From the NCBI GenBank assembly GCA_035293985.1, contig DATGLS010000054.1:50245-114244 (forward strand): a stretch of 64,000 nt of DNA. Reading direction: 5' to 3'. Every line of letters starts with the position of its first letter. Position 1 is the first letter of the stretch. Both the position numbers and the translations under genes were made by a program. The DNA is from Xanthobacteraceae bacterium (GTDB lineage Bacteria; Pseudomonadota; Alphaproteobacteria; Rhizobiales; Xanthobacteraceae). Positions 1 through 9,224 of this stretch are shown here, piece after piece. The notes beneath the pieces were generated by a model. That model did not search any database. It was given only the letters and a program-made list of their open reading frames with translations, and had not been told where the DNA came from.

Positions 1-653
1 CGTGCCGGCGACCGCCGCGAGGGCGGCGCCCATCACGAAGGTGATCGAGATGGTGCGGTCGACGTCGATGCCGAGCAGGGCCGCCATCTTCTGGTCCTGC
101 TCGCAGGCGCGCTGAGCGCGGCCGAGCGGGGTCTTCGCCACGACGTACCAGAACGCGAGCAGCAACACCGCGGTGACGCCCCACACGATCATCTGCTTGT
201 AGGACAGCGTGACCTGGTAGCCGTTCTGGTTGAACAGCGCGAGCTCGCCCGGGACGAGCGGCGGGATCGACTTGTTGCGCGGGCCCTGTGCGACCTGCAC
301 GAAGTTGGAGAGGAAGATCGACATCCCGATCGCCGAGATCAGCGGGGCGAGGCGGAACGAGCCGCGCAGCGGCCGGTAGGCGACGCGCTCGATCGCCCAG
401 TTGACGAGCGAGGTCAGCACCATGGCGACGATCAGCACGATCAGCAGCGCCAGCGCGACCGAGGCGATGCCGAGCCACGTGGTCACCACCAGCAGCGTGA
501 TCAGGCCGATGAAGGCCGAGACCATGAAAACGTCGCCGTGCGCGAAGTTCACCATGCCGATGATGCCGAACACCATCGTGTAGCCGATTGCGATCAGGCC
601 GTAGATCGAGCCGAGCGTGATGCCGTTGATCAGCTGCTGGACGAAGATATCCA
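1..653 (-). CDS. livH: Branched-chain amino acid ABC transporter permease (LivH family); 3' end lies outside the window
   Basis: Minus-strand ATG at 653-651 followed by MDIFVQQLINGITLGSIYGLIAIGYTMVFGIIGMVNFAHGDVFM...; frame stays open to base 1, so it is absent from the ORF track. Confidence 0.85.
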
Positions 654-945
654 TGCGTGCCGTGGCTCCCCTGCGCGGCCGCCCCCGCGTTCCCGGCTGG
701 CGGCAGCGTTCCGACATGCAACCGCCTTGCCAATTCTTAACAGGGGCCTCGCGGGGCGGCAACGCGACGGCGGGGCGCGGCTGTGTGTTCCGTTGCGGCT
801 CGATCGGCCGGTGCGCGCCGAGGTAGCATATCGAGTGCGTGCGTAATAGCGGGCGTTTCCGAACGAGGGGCTCCGCCGCAGGCACGGATGCCGGATTTTT
901 GACCGATTGCGATATAAGATCGGCTTTCGCGAGAGCCGGCGCCCA

Positions 946-1782
946 ATGAACGACCACACCATCCGTCTCGCGGCTTTTACGGGCATCTTCCTCGCGATGG
1001 CCCTTTGGGAGATTCTCGCGCCGCGCCGCCCGTGGGCGGTCGGCCGTGCGGCGCGCTGGCCGAGCAATCTCGCCATCCTGATCGTCGATGCGCTTGCGGT
1101 ACGCCTCCTGATCCCGACTGCGGCGGTGGGCGTCGCGCTGATCGTGGCGGCGCGCGGATTTGGCTTGTTCCACCTGATTGGATGGCCCGGCTGGCCCGCC
1201 GGGGTCGTCGGCTTCGTCGTTCTCGATCTCGTCATCTATGGCCAGCACGTCGTCTTCCACCATGTGCCGTGGCTGTGGCGGCTGCACCGCATGCACCATG
1301 CCGATCTCGACATCGACGTCACCACGGGAGTGCGCTTCCATCCCATCGAAATTCTCATCTCCATGGCGATCAAGATCGCGACCGTCGCGCTGCTCGGCAT
1401 CCCGGCTGCCGCCGTCGTCGCCTTCGAGGTCGTGCTCAACGCCACGTCGATGTTCAACCACGCGAACGCGATGCTGCCCCGCTGGCTCGATCGCGCGGTG
1501 CGCCTCGTCGTGGTGACGCCCGACATGCACCGTGTGCATCACTCCGTGTTGCGCGCCGAGACCGACAGCAATTTCGGCTTCAATCTGCCGTGGTGGGACA
1601 GGCTGTTCGGCACCTACCGGGCCGCGCCGGCGGCCGGTCACGACGCCATGACCATCGGGCTGCCGATCTTCCGCGAGCGCGGCGAGCTGCGCGTCGACCG
1701 GCTGCTGACACAGCCGTTCCGCACGCCGGCGCAAGACGACGCCACGGCGCCGCTCGGCGCCTCGGACGCACGCACCTCCTGA
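946..1782 (+). CDS. Sterol desaturase / fatty-acid hydroxylase superfamily membrane protein
   Basis: ORF 907..1782; histidine boxes HVVFHH, HRMHH, HRVHH plus hydrophobic segments; start moved to ATG 946 (MNDHTIRL). Confidence 0.75.
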   Translation: MNDHTIRLAAFTGIFLAMALWEILAPRRPWAVGRAARWPSNLAILIVDALAVRLLIPTAAVGVALIVAARGFGLFHLIGWPGWPAGVVGFVVLDLVIYGQHVVFHHVPWLWRLHRMHHADLDIDVTTGVRFHPIEILISMAIKIATVALLGIPAAAVVAFEVVLNATSMFNHANAMLPRWLDRAVRLVVVTPDMHRVHHSVLRAETDSNFGFNLPWWDRLFGTYRAAPAAGHDAMTIGLPIFRERGELRVDRLLTQPFRTPAQDDATAPLGASDARTS

Positions 1783-1884
1783 TTGATCCGCGCCGATCGC
1801 CCCTAGGTCCGCGGTTCCTGTATTTGCGTTGGGCGGTCGGCTAAAACATGATTCATCTGCCGCACGGCGGACGATCACGAGCGG

Positions 1885-3447
1885 ATGAGCATGAGCGAGC
1901 GCAAGCCCGAGGACATCATCGCCGGCAAGAACCGGCCGTTCACCGGCGCCGAATATCTCGAGAGCCTGCGCGACGGGCGCGAGGTCTACATCCAGGGCGA
2001 GCGCGTCGCCGACGTCACCATCCATCCGGCCTTCCGCAATTCCGCGCGCTCGATCGCGCGGCTCTACGACGCGCTGCACGATCCCGCGAGCCAGGGCGTG
2101 CTGACCGGCCCGACCGATTCGGGAACGGGCGGCTTCACCCATAAATTTTTCCGCGTCGCCCGGTCGCGCGACGATCTCATCGCCCAGCGCGAGGCGATCG
2201 CGACCTGGGCACGCATGACCTACGGCTGGATGGGCCGCACGCCCGATTACAAGGCGTCGCTGATGAACACGCTCGGCGCCAATTACGAGTTCTACGGAAA
2301 GTTCGCCGACAACGCCAAGCGCTGGTATCGGCGCGCGCAGGACAACGTCCTGTTCATGAACCACGCGATCGTCAATCCGCCGGTCGATCGCGACAAGGCT
2401 GCCGAGCAGGTCAAGGACGTGTTCATCAACATCCAGAAGGAGACCGACGCCGGCATCATCGTGTCGGGCGCCAAGGTGGTGGCGACGTCCTCCGCCATCA
2501 CGCACTACAATTTCCTCGGCCAGAACGCCGCCATGCCGGTCAACGATCCCGACCTCGCCGTGATGTTCATCGCGCCGATGAATGCGCCGGGCGTGAAGCT
2601 GATCTGCCGCACCTCCTACGAGGCGACCGCGGACGCGGTCGGCAGCCCGTTCGACTATCCGCTGTCGTCGCGCTTCGACGAGAACGACGCCATCTTCGTT
2701 TTCGACAACGTGCTGGTGCCGTGGGAGAACGTGCTGGTCCACCGCGACATCGAGAAGCTCAAGACGTTCTATCCCCGCTCCGGTTTCCTCGCCGGCTACC
2801 AGTTCCAGGGCTGCACGCGGCTCGCCGTCAAGCTCGACTTCCTCGTCGGCATCATCGCCAAGGCGCTGCACGCGATCGGCTCGGACGAATTCCGCGGCAA
2901 CCAGGCGATGCTCGGCGAGATCATCGCGTGGCGCAATCTGTTCTGGGCGCTGTCCGACGCGATGGCCATGAACCCGGTGGCATGGGTCGGCGACACGGTG
3001 CTGCCGAACGCGCAGTCGGGCTCGAGCTACCGCGTGTTCGCGGGCGACGCCTATGGCCGCGTCCGCGAGATCGTGGAGAAGATCGTCGCCTCGGCGCTCA
3101 TCTATCTTCCGTCGTCCGCAAAGGACTTCCAGAACCCCGACATCGACAAGTACCTGGTGCGCTACGTGCGCGGCTCGCACGGCATCGGCCACAAGGAGCG
3201 CATCAAGGTCATGAAGCTCCTGTGGGACGCGATCGGCACCGAGTTCGGCGCCCGCCACGAGCTCTACGAGCGCAACTACGCCGGCAATCACGAGGACATC
3301 CGCATCCAGGCGCTGTGGAACGCGCGCACCTCCGGCGCCCTCGACCGCATGATCGGCCTCGCCGAGGACTGCATGGCCGACTACGACGAGAACGGCTGGA
3401 CCGACGCGACCTGGCTCAATCCGGGCGAGAAGGCGAAAGCGCCGTAG
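1885..3447 (+). CDS. hpaB: 4-hydroxyphenylacetate 3-monooxygenase oxygenase component (HpaB family)
   Basis: 520-aa ORF; N-terminus RPFTGAEYLESLRDGREVYIQGERVADVTIHPAFRNSARSIARLYDALHD matches the HpaB pattern; a flavin reductase gene follows. Confidence 0.9.
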   Translation: MSMSERKPEDIIAGKNRPFTGAEYLESLRDGREVYIQGERVADVTIHPAFRNSARSIARLYDALHDPASQGVLTGPTDSGTGGFTHKFFRVARSRDDLIAQREAIATWARMTYGWMGRTPDYKASLMNTLGANYEFYGKFADNAKRWYRRAQDNVLFMNHAIVNPPVDRDKAAEQVKDVFINIQKETDAGIIVSGAKVVATSSAITHYNFLGQNAAMPVNDPDLAVMFIAPMNAPGVKLICRTSYEATADAVGSPFDYPLSSRFDENDAIFVFDNVLVPWENVLVHRDIEKLKTFYPRSGFLAGYQFQGCTRLAVKLDFLVGIIAKALHAIGSDEFRGNQAMLGEIIAWRNLFWALSDAMAMNPVAWVGDTVLPNAQSGSSYRVFAGDAYGRVREIVEKIVASALIYLPSSAKDFQNPDIDKYLVRYVRGSHGIGHKERIKVMKLLWDAIGTEFGARHELYERNYAGNHEDIRIQALWNARTSGALDRMIGLAEDCMADYDENGWTDATWLNPGEKAKAP

Positions 3448-3572
3448 CCAATGGCGAATGGGGAGTAGCGAATAGCGAATAGCGAACAGGGAAGAGCGGC
3501 GGCGCATCTTTCACCATTCGCCAATCGCTACTCGCTATTCCCTATTCGCCAACTCCCGTTCACCATTCGGGA
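3448..3572. repeat. Family A palindromic element built from GCGAATA/TATTCGC heptamers (copy A1)
   Basis: Left arm ggcgaatggggagtagcgaatagcgaatagcgaa, right arm ttcgccaatcgctactcgctattccctattcgcc; starts 1 nt after the hpaB stop. Confidence 0.8.
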
Positions 3573-3646
3573 ACCGCAACGGGGCCATGCCCACGCCTGC
3601 CCATGACCGTTGGGCTGCTTGCTGTTATGCTTCGAGTCGCAAGCAG

Positions 3647-4201
3647 ATGAGCTGGATCGACCAACGCCCCGACGACGCGATGGCCGGCGCCTTCGAGGCG
3701 GTCGGCGAGGATCATGTCGCGACCGTCGACCCGCTGCAGTTTCGCGAGGCGATGAGCCGTCTCGGCGCCGCCGTGCACGTGGTGACGACGGCGGGCCCCG
3801 CCGGCAAGACCGGCTTCACGGCGACCGCCGTGTGCTCGGTGTCGGACGCGCCGCCGACCGTGCTCGTGTGCATCAACCGCAAGAGCCAGGGCGGACCGCT
3901 GATGCGGCAGAACGGCGCCTTCTGCGTCAACACGCTCGGCGCCGACGCCGAGCCGATCGCCGACATGTTCGCGGGCCGCACCGGCGCGCAGGCGGAGGCG
4001 CGCTTCCAGCTCGGCGCCTGGGGCGCGCTCGCAACCGGCGCCCCGGTGCTTGCGACCGCCGTCGTCGCGCTCGATTGCCGCGTCATCGAGGTGAAGGCGG
4101 TGGCGAGCCACTACGTGATCTTCGGCGCGGTCGCGGCGGTGCAGATGGGCGCATCCGGGCCGGCGCTCGTCTATCATGACCGCGCGTACAAACGCGTGTA
4201 G
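3647..4201 (+). CDS. hpaC: Flavin reductase (HpaC-like reductase component)
   Basis: ORF 3587..4201, start moved to ATG 3647; flavin_reduct-type core FREAMSRLGAAVHVVTT...GFTATAVCSVSDAPPTVLVCINR; adjacent to hpaB. Confidence 0.8.
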   Translation: MSWIDQRPDDAMAGAFEAVGEDHVATVDPLQFREAMSRLGAAVHVVTTAGPAGKTGFTATAVCSVSDAPPTVLVCINRKSQGGPLMRQNGAFCVNTLGADAEPIADMFAGRTGAQAEARFQLGAWGALATGAPVLATAVVALDCRVIEVKAVASHYVIFGAVAAVQMGASGPALVYHDRAYKRV

Positions 4202-4299
4202 GCGCGGTGGCACGCATCGTCGCTTGCCTTTGACTGAACATCGCCCAGCTGCGCTTTCGACATCGTCAACCACGGCAGCTTTGTTCCACTGTCGGATCA

Positions 4300-4324
4300 G
4301 GAACGTTGGTCGCATTCGAGGGTT
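4300..4324 (+). promoter_or_regulatory. Candidate EcfG-type general-stress promoter (GGAAC-N16-GGTT)
   Basis: GGAAC 4300-4304, 16-nt spacer, GGTT 4321-4324, about 34 nt upstream of ATG 4358; alphaproteobacterial consensus is GGAAC-N16/17-CGTT. Confidence 0.3.
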
Positions 4325-4357
4325 TCGGGACGGGGCCGGGGCTCATGGGAGAAAGCG

Positions 4358-4555
4358 ATGAGCCGAAATCCGCAGAACCCTAACCATGGCCAGCAAGCCA
4401 ACCGGCAGAAGCCCGGTCAGCAGCAGGGCGGCCAGCGACCTGGCCAGCAGACCCAGAATCCCGGTCAGGGCGGCCAGCACGGCGGTCAGCAGCATGCCGG
4501 GCAGCACAGTGGCGGCCAACAGGGCAGCCAGGACGGCGGCGACCGCAACCGCTAA
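4358..4555 (+). CDS. Small Gln/Gly-rich hydrophilic protein (65 aa)
   Basis: GGGAGA Shine-Dalgarno about 7 nt upstream of the ATG; low-complexity QQGGQ/PGQ composition; no domain recognised. Confidence 0.5.
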   Translation: MSRNPQNPNHGQQANRQKPGQQQGGQRPGQQTQNPGQGGQHGGQQHAGQHSGGQQGSQDGGDRNR

Positions 4556-4672
4556 ATCCAGCTTCAACACGCTCTCCCCGCAGGCCTCGCTCGTTTTGAG
4601 CGGGGCCTTGCGTTTGCGCGCTTCGAGAGGCCCACACGGTATCTCAGGAATGAGACCGAGGCCGCCCGGCGG

Positions 4673-5003
4673 CTACCTGAAGGGAATCTCGACCTCGGTG
4701 TACATGCCGGGTTGCGCCACGCCGACAGCAGCGACGATGCGTTCAAACTCGAGTTCGACGCGCGACCACTTCGTGGAACGGCTTAGAACAACGATCGCAA
4801 ATTTTCGTGCCGTGAGGTTCTGCTGGTAGCGGATACGCCGGTCGGTCGTGAGCAGAAGGTCGACAGCGGCTGCCGCGGCAGCTTGGAGTAGTGCCCCCAT
4901 TGTCGAGCGTGTCCCATCCTCTCGCCTGGGCCGTGATAACCGTGTGGCCTGCGCGCGCGCGGATGCGACCCTTAGGCGTTTCGGGGTCAAAGAGGATGAG
5001 CAT
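4673..5003 (-). pseudogene. DUF5615-type PIN-like toxin gene with a +1 frameshift
   Basis: N-terminal half MLILFDPETPKGRIRARAGHTVITAQARGWDTLDNG lies in the frame of ORF 4743..5003. C-terminal half ALLQAAAAAAVDLLLTTDRRIRYQQNLTARKFAIVVLS lies in the frame of ORF 4673..4990. The span is 331 nt, and the two frames meet at the C5 run 4894-4898. Confidence 0.7.
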
Positions 5004-5226
5004 CAGCGGGCATAGATTGCTCGCCCGAAGCTTTCAGGCTTTGTGCCACGAAATCCAGCACCGCCGTGATCTGATCGCGCGTAACGTCGAATTGCTCCAT
5101 CTCTTCCTCGACGCTCAAGTCTTCCAGATTTTCGACGACGGTCGCGACGGGCAAACGGGTCCCGCGAAAGACCCATGCCCCCAACCTTGCCGGGAATTCT
5201 TTCAACCGCCGGGCACTGGGACCCAA
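4987..5226 (-). CDS. DUF433-type antitoxin-like protein
   Basis: 79 aa; GAWVFRGTRLPVATVVENLEDLSVEEEMEQFDVTRDQITAVLDF matches the DUF433 pattern (GxPxxxGTRxPV ... treqv); overlaps the downstream DUF5615 gene. Confidence 0.7.
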   Translation of the reverse strand: MGPSARRLKEFPARLGAWVFRGTRLPVATVVENLEDLSVEEEMEQFDVTRDQITAVLDFVAQSLKASGEQSMPADAHPL

Positions 5227-5453
5227 TCGAGCTGCGCCATAGCCAGTCCCCTCTTAGCCGGAGCTTTTTTACTCGCCACGGGGGTCGAAACGGTAGCCTA
5301 CCAACGCCCCTCGAGAGGATCACGCCGCGCGCGGCCGCCCAATCCCGGAGCTCGCAGTTTCCGTCGAAAACTGCAGTCGCGCGTCATTTTGGCTGTGCGC
5401 GACGCCTCCGAGACGATATCCAGGCCGGTCCGAACTGCGCTAAGCTTGTGGGC

Positions 5454-6338
5454 ATGTCGCTCGCCCTGCCGTTGTTTCACCTCTACGGCGATCCGCCGGA
5501 CGATCAGGCATTCGACTTCATCCACATCGAGACGATCTCGTCGCGCTCCTCGGTGCACGATTGGACGATCCGGGCGCATCGTCATCGCAACCTCTTCCAG
5601 ATCCTGCTGATCGAGCGCGGCGGCGGCCACATGAACGTGGAGGCGTCGGCCGCGCCGTTTTCGGCGCCGGCCGCGATCCTGTTGCCGGCGACGGTCGCGC
5701 ATGGCTTCCGCTTCACGCCGCAGGAGACCGAGGGCTGGGTGGTGAGCTTCACCGAGGACGTGACGCACGGCCTCGGCGGGCGCGACGTCGAGGCGCTCGC
5801 CCGCCTGCGCGCGCTCGCGGCCGAGCCCGTGGTGCCGCTCGCCGAGGAGGAGCTCGCGCGTCTCTCGGGCCTCTGCCGCGACCTCTACGAGGAGCGCTTC
5901 CTCGCGCGCGAAGGCTATCGGCTGGCCATGCGCGGGTACCTGGCGCTGCTCGCGATCGCGGTGGCGCGCCTCGCGGCGAGCCGGGCGCGCACCGGCGCGA
6001 TCACGCTCAAGCCGACCGATCCGACCGTCGAGGCCTTGCGCGGGCTGTTGGAGGAGCATTTCCGCAAGCAGCGGCTGCTCGGCTTCTATGCCGAGAAGCT
6101 CGCGATGACGCCCGATCGCCTCAACGACATCGTCAAGCGCGCGACCGGCGTCACCGCCGGCCACCTGATCCGCCAGCGCGTGCTCACCGAGGCGAAGCGC
6201 CAGCTCGTCTTCACCAATGTGGCGATCCACGAGATCGCGTACGATCTCGCGTTCTCCGATCCGTCGCATTTCGCCCGCTTCTTCAGAAAGCAGACCGGGA
6301 CGACGCCGCAGGATTTTCGCGAGCAGGGGGGCGGGTAG
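5454..6338 (+). CDS. AraC-family transcriptional regulator (cupin-like sensor plus HTH; PobR/HpaA-like)
   Basis: ORF 5175..6338, start moved to ATG 5454 (MSLALPLFHLYGD); C-terminal AraC HTH IHEIAYDLAFSDPSHFARFFRKQTGTTPQDFR. Confidence 0.85.
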   Translation: MSLALPLFHLYGDPPDDQAFDFIHIETISSRSSVHDWTIRAHRHRNLFQILLIERGGGHMNVEASAAPFSAPAAILLPATVAHGFRFTPQETEGWVVSFTEDVTHGLGGRDVEALARLRALAAEPVVPLAEEELARLSGLCRDLYEERFLAREGYRLAMRGYLALLAIAVARLAASRARTGAITLKPTDPTVEALRGLLEEHFRKQRLLGFYAEKLAMTPDRLNDIVKRATGVTAGHLIRQRVLTEAKRQLVFTNVAIHEIAYDLAFSDPSHFARFFRKQTGTTPQDFREQGGG

Positions 6339-6340
6339 GG

Positions 6341-6412
6341 GTGCGAATGGCGCGTGGCGAATAGGCAAGTAGCACTGCTTCCTATTCGCTACTCCCTATT
6401 CGCTATTCGCCC
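6341..6412. repeat. Family A heptamer palindrome (copy A2)
   Basis: gtgcgaatggcgcgtggcgaatagg ... cctattcgctactccctattcgctattcgc, lying between two convergent stop codons. Confidence 0.8.
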
Positions 6413-6416
6413 CTCA

Positions 6417-6827
6417 TCAATGCTCCCATGGATCGAACGCGTCGGACTTCTGCGCCTCGATCTTCTTGGCATCCTGCAGGAATTTGTCGATCGCGTTGAC
6501 GGGCTTCTTGTCCGGATTGGCCTTGCAGAACTCGACCACGACCTTGGTGATGGTCGGCTCGTCGACCGCACCGACGTCGACATAGTCGGTGTTCTCGTTG
6601 AGCATGTGGATGTTGGCGGCGCTCATGTAGCCCTGCGCCCAGTAGAACAGCAGCGCGTTGGGCAAGTGGTCGAGCCCGCCGCCGACCTTGAGGTCGGCCG
6701 CGAGCTTGGCGCAGCTCGTGAGGCCGATGCCCGAACGCAGCAGCGGGTCCGCATGCGCGGCGACCGAGAGCGCGAGAGCGCAGCCCAATGCCAACAGCGA
6801 TGTCGATCGCATGCGAGACGATTGCAT
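6417..6827 (-). CDS. Exported hypothetical protein
   Basis: ORF 6417..6881, start moved to ATG 6827 preceded by GGAGGA; signal peptide MQSSRMRSTSLLALGCALALSVAAHA; two Cys; no domain recognised. Confidence 0.6.
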   Translation of the reverse strand: MQSSRMRSTSLLALGCALALSVAAHADPLLRSGIGLTSCAKLAADLKVGGGLDHLPNALLFYWAQGYMSAANIHMLNENTDYVDVGAVDEPTITKVVVEFCKANPDKKPVNAIDKFLQDAKKIEAQKSDAFDPWEH

Positions 6828-6933
6828 GAAAATCCTCCGTGCGAGGCCTTTTCGGCCTGTAAACCGAGAGTGCTGGCACACACGCGAATATTGAAACCGA
6901 CGTTTGTTGCGGCGCTAGCGGCCGTCAGGAGAT

Positions 6934-7114
6934 TTACCCTGAATTTTTTCTGAATTCTCCAATTCCCTTGACGATCTCGCCTGCTTCGCGGAACGGCATG
7001 ATTGCCGGCGGGCGCCCCGCAATAAGCCGTCTGCGGCAGGATGATCTCCTTGATGTCGTCCGCCGTGAGCGCGCCGGGACATAGGCGAGCGAAGCGACGC
7101 CGTTCCCCGAACGG
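6934..7114 (-). pseudogene. Truncated and frameshifted 4-carboxymuconolactone decarboxylase (PcaC/CMD family) remnant
   Basis: One frame reads RFARLCPGALTADDIKEIILPQTAYCGAPAGNHA and a second frame continues FREAGEIVKGIGEF. Together they match the C-terminal third of PcaC (GxTxDExKExxL...YxGxPAxNxA...AxEV). The N-terminal two-thirds are absent, because the pcaB-like stop lies only 24 nt upstream. Confidence 0.55.
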
Positions 7115-7137
7115 CTATGCCCGCCCATGACGGAATC

Positions 7138-8505
7138 CTATCGTCGCGGCACGCGCGACTGCGCGGAGGCGACCAGCCGCTCGATGAAGGTCTGCGCCAC
7201 GCCTTGATACGAGAGCGGCTCGAACAGGCGGGCGACCTCGCCGGGCGTCATCATCAAGGTGACGCGCTCGTCCTCGCCGAGGATGTCGCGCAGGTGGCGC
7301 TTCTCGGCGAGCGTCTTCGCCACCGCTTCGTCCATCACCTGGGCGGCGATCGACTTGCCGAGCTTCTCGGCCAGCGCGGCCGCGACGGCTTCGGCGACGA
7401 TCAGCCCGTTGGTGACCTCGAAATTGGCTCGCATGCGCTCGTTGTCGATGTCGAGCCGCTCGCCGATGTCGGCGATGCCGGCGAGCGCGCCCGACACCGC
7501 GAGCAGGAGCGCCGGAAACGTCGCCCATTCGGATTGCCAGGCGCCGGCGGCGCGCTCGTGCTCGTGCGACTCGGCGCCCATGATGGTGGCGGCGAGCGGC
7601 GCCGCCATGGTGGCGCAGGCCGCGACGGTCGCGGCCGCGATCGGCTGGCGCTGGCGCGGCGGGGTGGCGCCATTGCCCGAGGGCGCCGGCTCGAACGCCT
7701 CGGCGACCTCGGTCTGCATCAGCAGCGCCACGTCGCGGCCGATCTTGCCGCAGGTGCCGGCGAGGATCGCGAGCGCGGCCGCGACCTCGGCGAGGCGGTC
7801 GCGATGGCTGTGCCAGGGCGCGTCGGGCAGCGGCAGGTCGAGCAGCGCGGCGAGGCGCTCGTACACGTCGAAGCCACGCTCGTTGAGCGAGGCGAGCGTG
7901 CCCGCGGCGCCGCCGAACTGCATGATCAGCGCCTCGCGGCGCAGTCGCTTCAAGCGCTCGCGCGCGCGGCCGAGGGCGCCGGCGTAACCCGCGACCTTGA
8001 GCCCGAACGGCATCGGCAGCGCGTGCTGCAAGGCGGTGCGCGCGACCGTCGCGGTGCGCCGATAGCGGCCCGCGAGCGCCACATAGGCTGCGACCGCGCG
8101 GTCGAGATCGGCGAGCAGGACATCGAGGCCGGCGCGCAGCTCGAGCACCAGCGCGGTGTCGATCGCATCCTGGCTGCTGGCGCCCCAATGCACGAAGGCG
8201 GCAGCGTCGACGCTCGTCTTGCCGACCTCGGCGGTCAGCGCCGCCATCAGGGGGCTCAGCACATTGCCGGCGGCCGGCGCCGCGGCGGCGATCGCGGCCA
8301 GGTCGTATTTGTCGGCCTGTGCGGCCGCCACGATCGGATCGACGGCTTCGTGCGGGATGACGCCGACGGCCGCCTCGGCGCGGGCCAGCGCCGCCTCGAA
8401 GTCGAGCATGCGCTGAATGCGGGCGCGATCGTCGACCACGGCCCGCATGGCCGAGCTGGAAAACATCGGCAATAGCAAGGAGGAAGGCGCAAGCGCTTCG
8501 GTCAT
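7138..8505 (-). CDS. 3-carboxy-cis,cis-muconate cycloisomerase-like protein (class II fumarate-lyase superfamily) with a degenerate signature loop
   Basis: 455 aa; conserved HWGASSQDAIDTA and RTALQHALPMPFGLK regions; the expected GSSxMPxKxN loop reads GNGATPPRQRQP. Confidence 0.75.
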   Translation of the reverse strand: MTEALAPSSLLLPMFSSSAMRAVVDDRARIQRMLDFEAALARAEAAVGVIPHEAVDPIVAAAQADKYDLAAIAAAAPAAGNVLSPLMAALTAEVGKTSVDAAAFVHWGASSQDAIDTALVLELRAGLDVLLADLDRAVAAYVALAGRYRRTATVARTALQHALPMPFGLKVAGYAGALGRARERLKRLRREALIMQFGGAAGTLASLNERGFDVYERLAALLDLPLPDAPWHSHRDRLAEVAAALAILAGTCGKIGRDVALLMQTEVAEAFEPAPSGNGATPPRQRQPIAAATVAACATMAAPLAATIMGAESHEHERAAGAWQSEWATFPALLLAVSGALAGIADIGERLDIDNERMRANFEVTNGLIVAEAVAAALAEKLGKSIAAQVMDEAVAKTLAEKRHLRDILGEDERVTLMMTPGEVARLFEPLSYQGVAQTFIERLVASAQSRVPRR

Positions 8506-8642
8506 GAGCGAAAATAAGCCTCCGGCGGCACACCCTTACCCGCCCGCGTGGCTGCCGCCAACCCCGGGGGAACAGACGCATGGCTTGCGGGGCGGCTCGC
8601 CAGTTTCCGCCCCTTTCCAGAGCGATCCATTCGCTCTAAAGC

Positions 8643-8743
8643 CGTCATGGTCGGGCTTGTCCCGGCCCTCCACGTCTTTCTTCATTGCAGAGTCCAAAGA
8701 CGTGAAAGACGTGGATGCCCGGGACAAGCCCCGGGCATGACGG
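8643..8743. repeat. Family B inverted-repeat element (copy B1)
   Basis: cgtcatggtcgggcttgtcccggccctccacgtcttt ... aaagacgtggatgcccgggacaagccccgggcatgacgg. Confidence 0.8.
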
Positions 8744-8774
8744 AGTGCTATTTGCTGATCGAGGAGACGCCGCC

Positions 8775-9224
8775 ATGGCCATGACGATGAACGGAGAGGT
8801 CCAGCTCAACGCGACCCGCGAGGCGGTGTGGGCGAAGCTCAACGACGCCGCGGTGCTCAAAGCCTGCATCCCGGGTTGCGAGCAGCTCGACAAGAGCTCG
8901 GACACCGAATTCCAGGCGATCGCCGTGACCAAGATCGGGCCCGTGAAGGCGAAGTGGAAGGGCAAGGTGCATCTCACCGACCTCGATCCGCCGAACGGCT
9001 ACAAGATCTCCGGCGAAGGCGAGGGCGGCATCGCGGGTTTCGCCAAGGGCGGCGCCGTGGTGGCGCTCGCCGAGAAGGACGGCGGTACGCTGCTCACTTA
9101 CAATGTCGAGGCGCAGATCGGTGGCAAGCTCGCCCAGCTCGGCCAGCGCCTGATCGCCGGCGCCGCAAAGAAGATGGCGGACGATTTCTTCGCCAAGTTC
9201 GCCGCCGCCGTTGCGGCGGGCTGA
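8775..9224 (+). CDS. coxG: CoxG-family SRPBCC protein
   Basis: ORF 8715..9224, start moved to ATG 8775 after GAGGAG; MNGEVQLNATREAVWAKLNDAAVLKACIPGCE is the typical CoxG N-terminus. Confidence 0.85.
   Translation: MAMTMNGEVQLNATREAVWAKLNDAAVLKACIPGCEQLDKSSDTEFQAIAVTKIGPVKAKWKGKVHLTDLDPPNGYKISGEGEGGIAGFAKGGAVVALAEKDGGTLLTYNVEAQIGGKLAQLGQRLIAGAAKKMADDFFAKFAAAVAAG

Noticed and set aside
4380-4829. ORFs overlapping the Gln/Gly-rich gene (4343..4570, 4380..4637, 4386..4829)
   Set aside because: They are alternative frames of a low-complexity repeat. Only the 4358 frame has a ribosome-binding site.
8715-8774. Upstream starts that add MPGTSPGHDG-type peptides (also at 49754..49897 and 16561..16623)
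   Set aside because: These extensions are encoded by family B or D repeat elements. Internal starts with ribosome-binding sites match the family N-termini.
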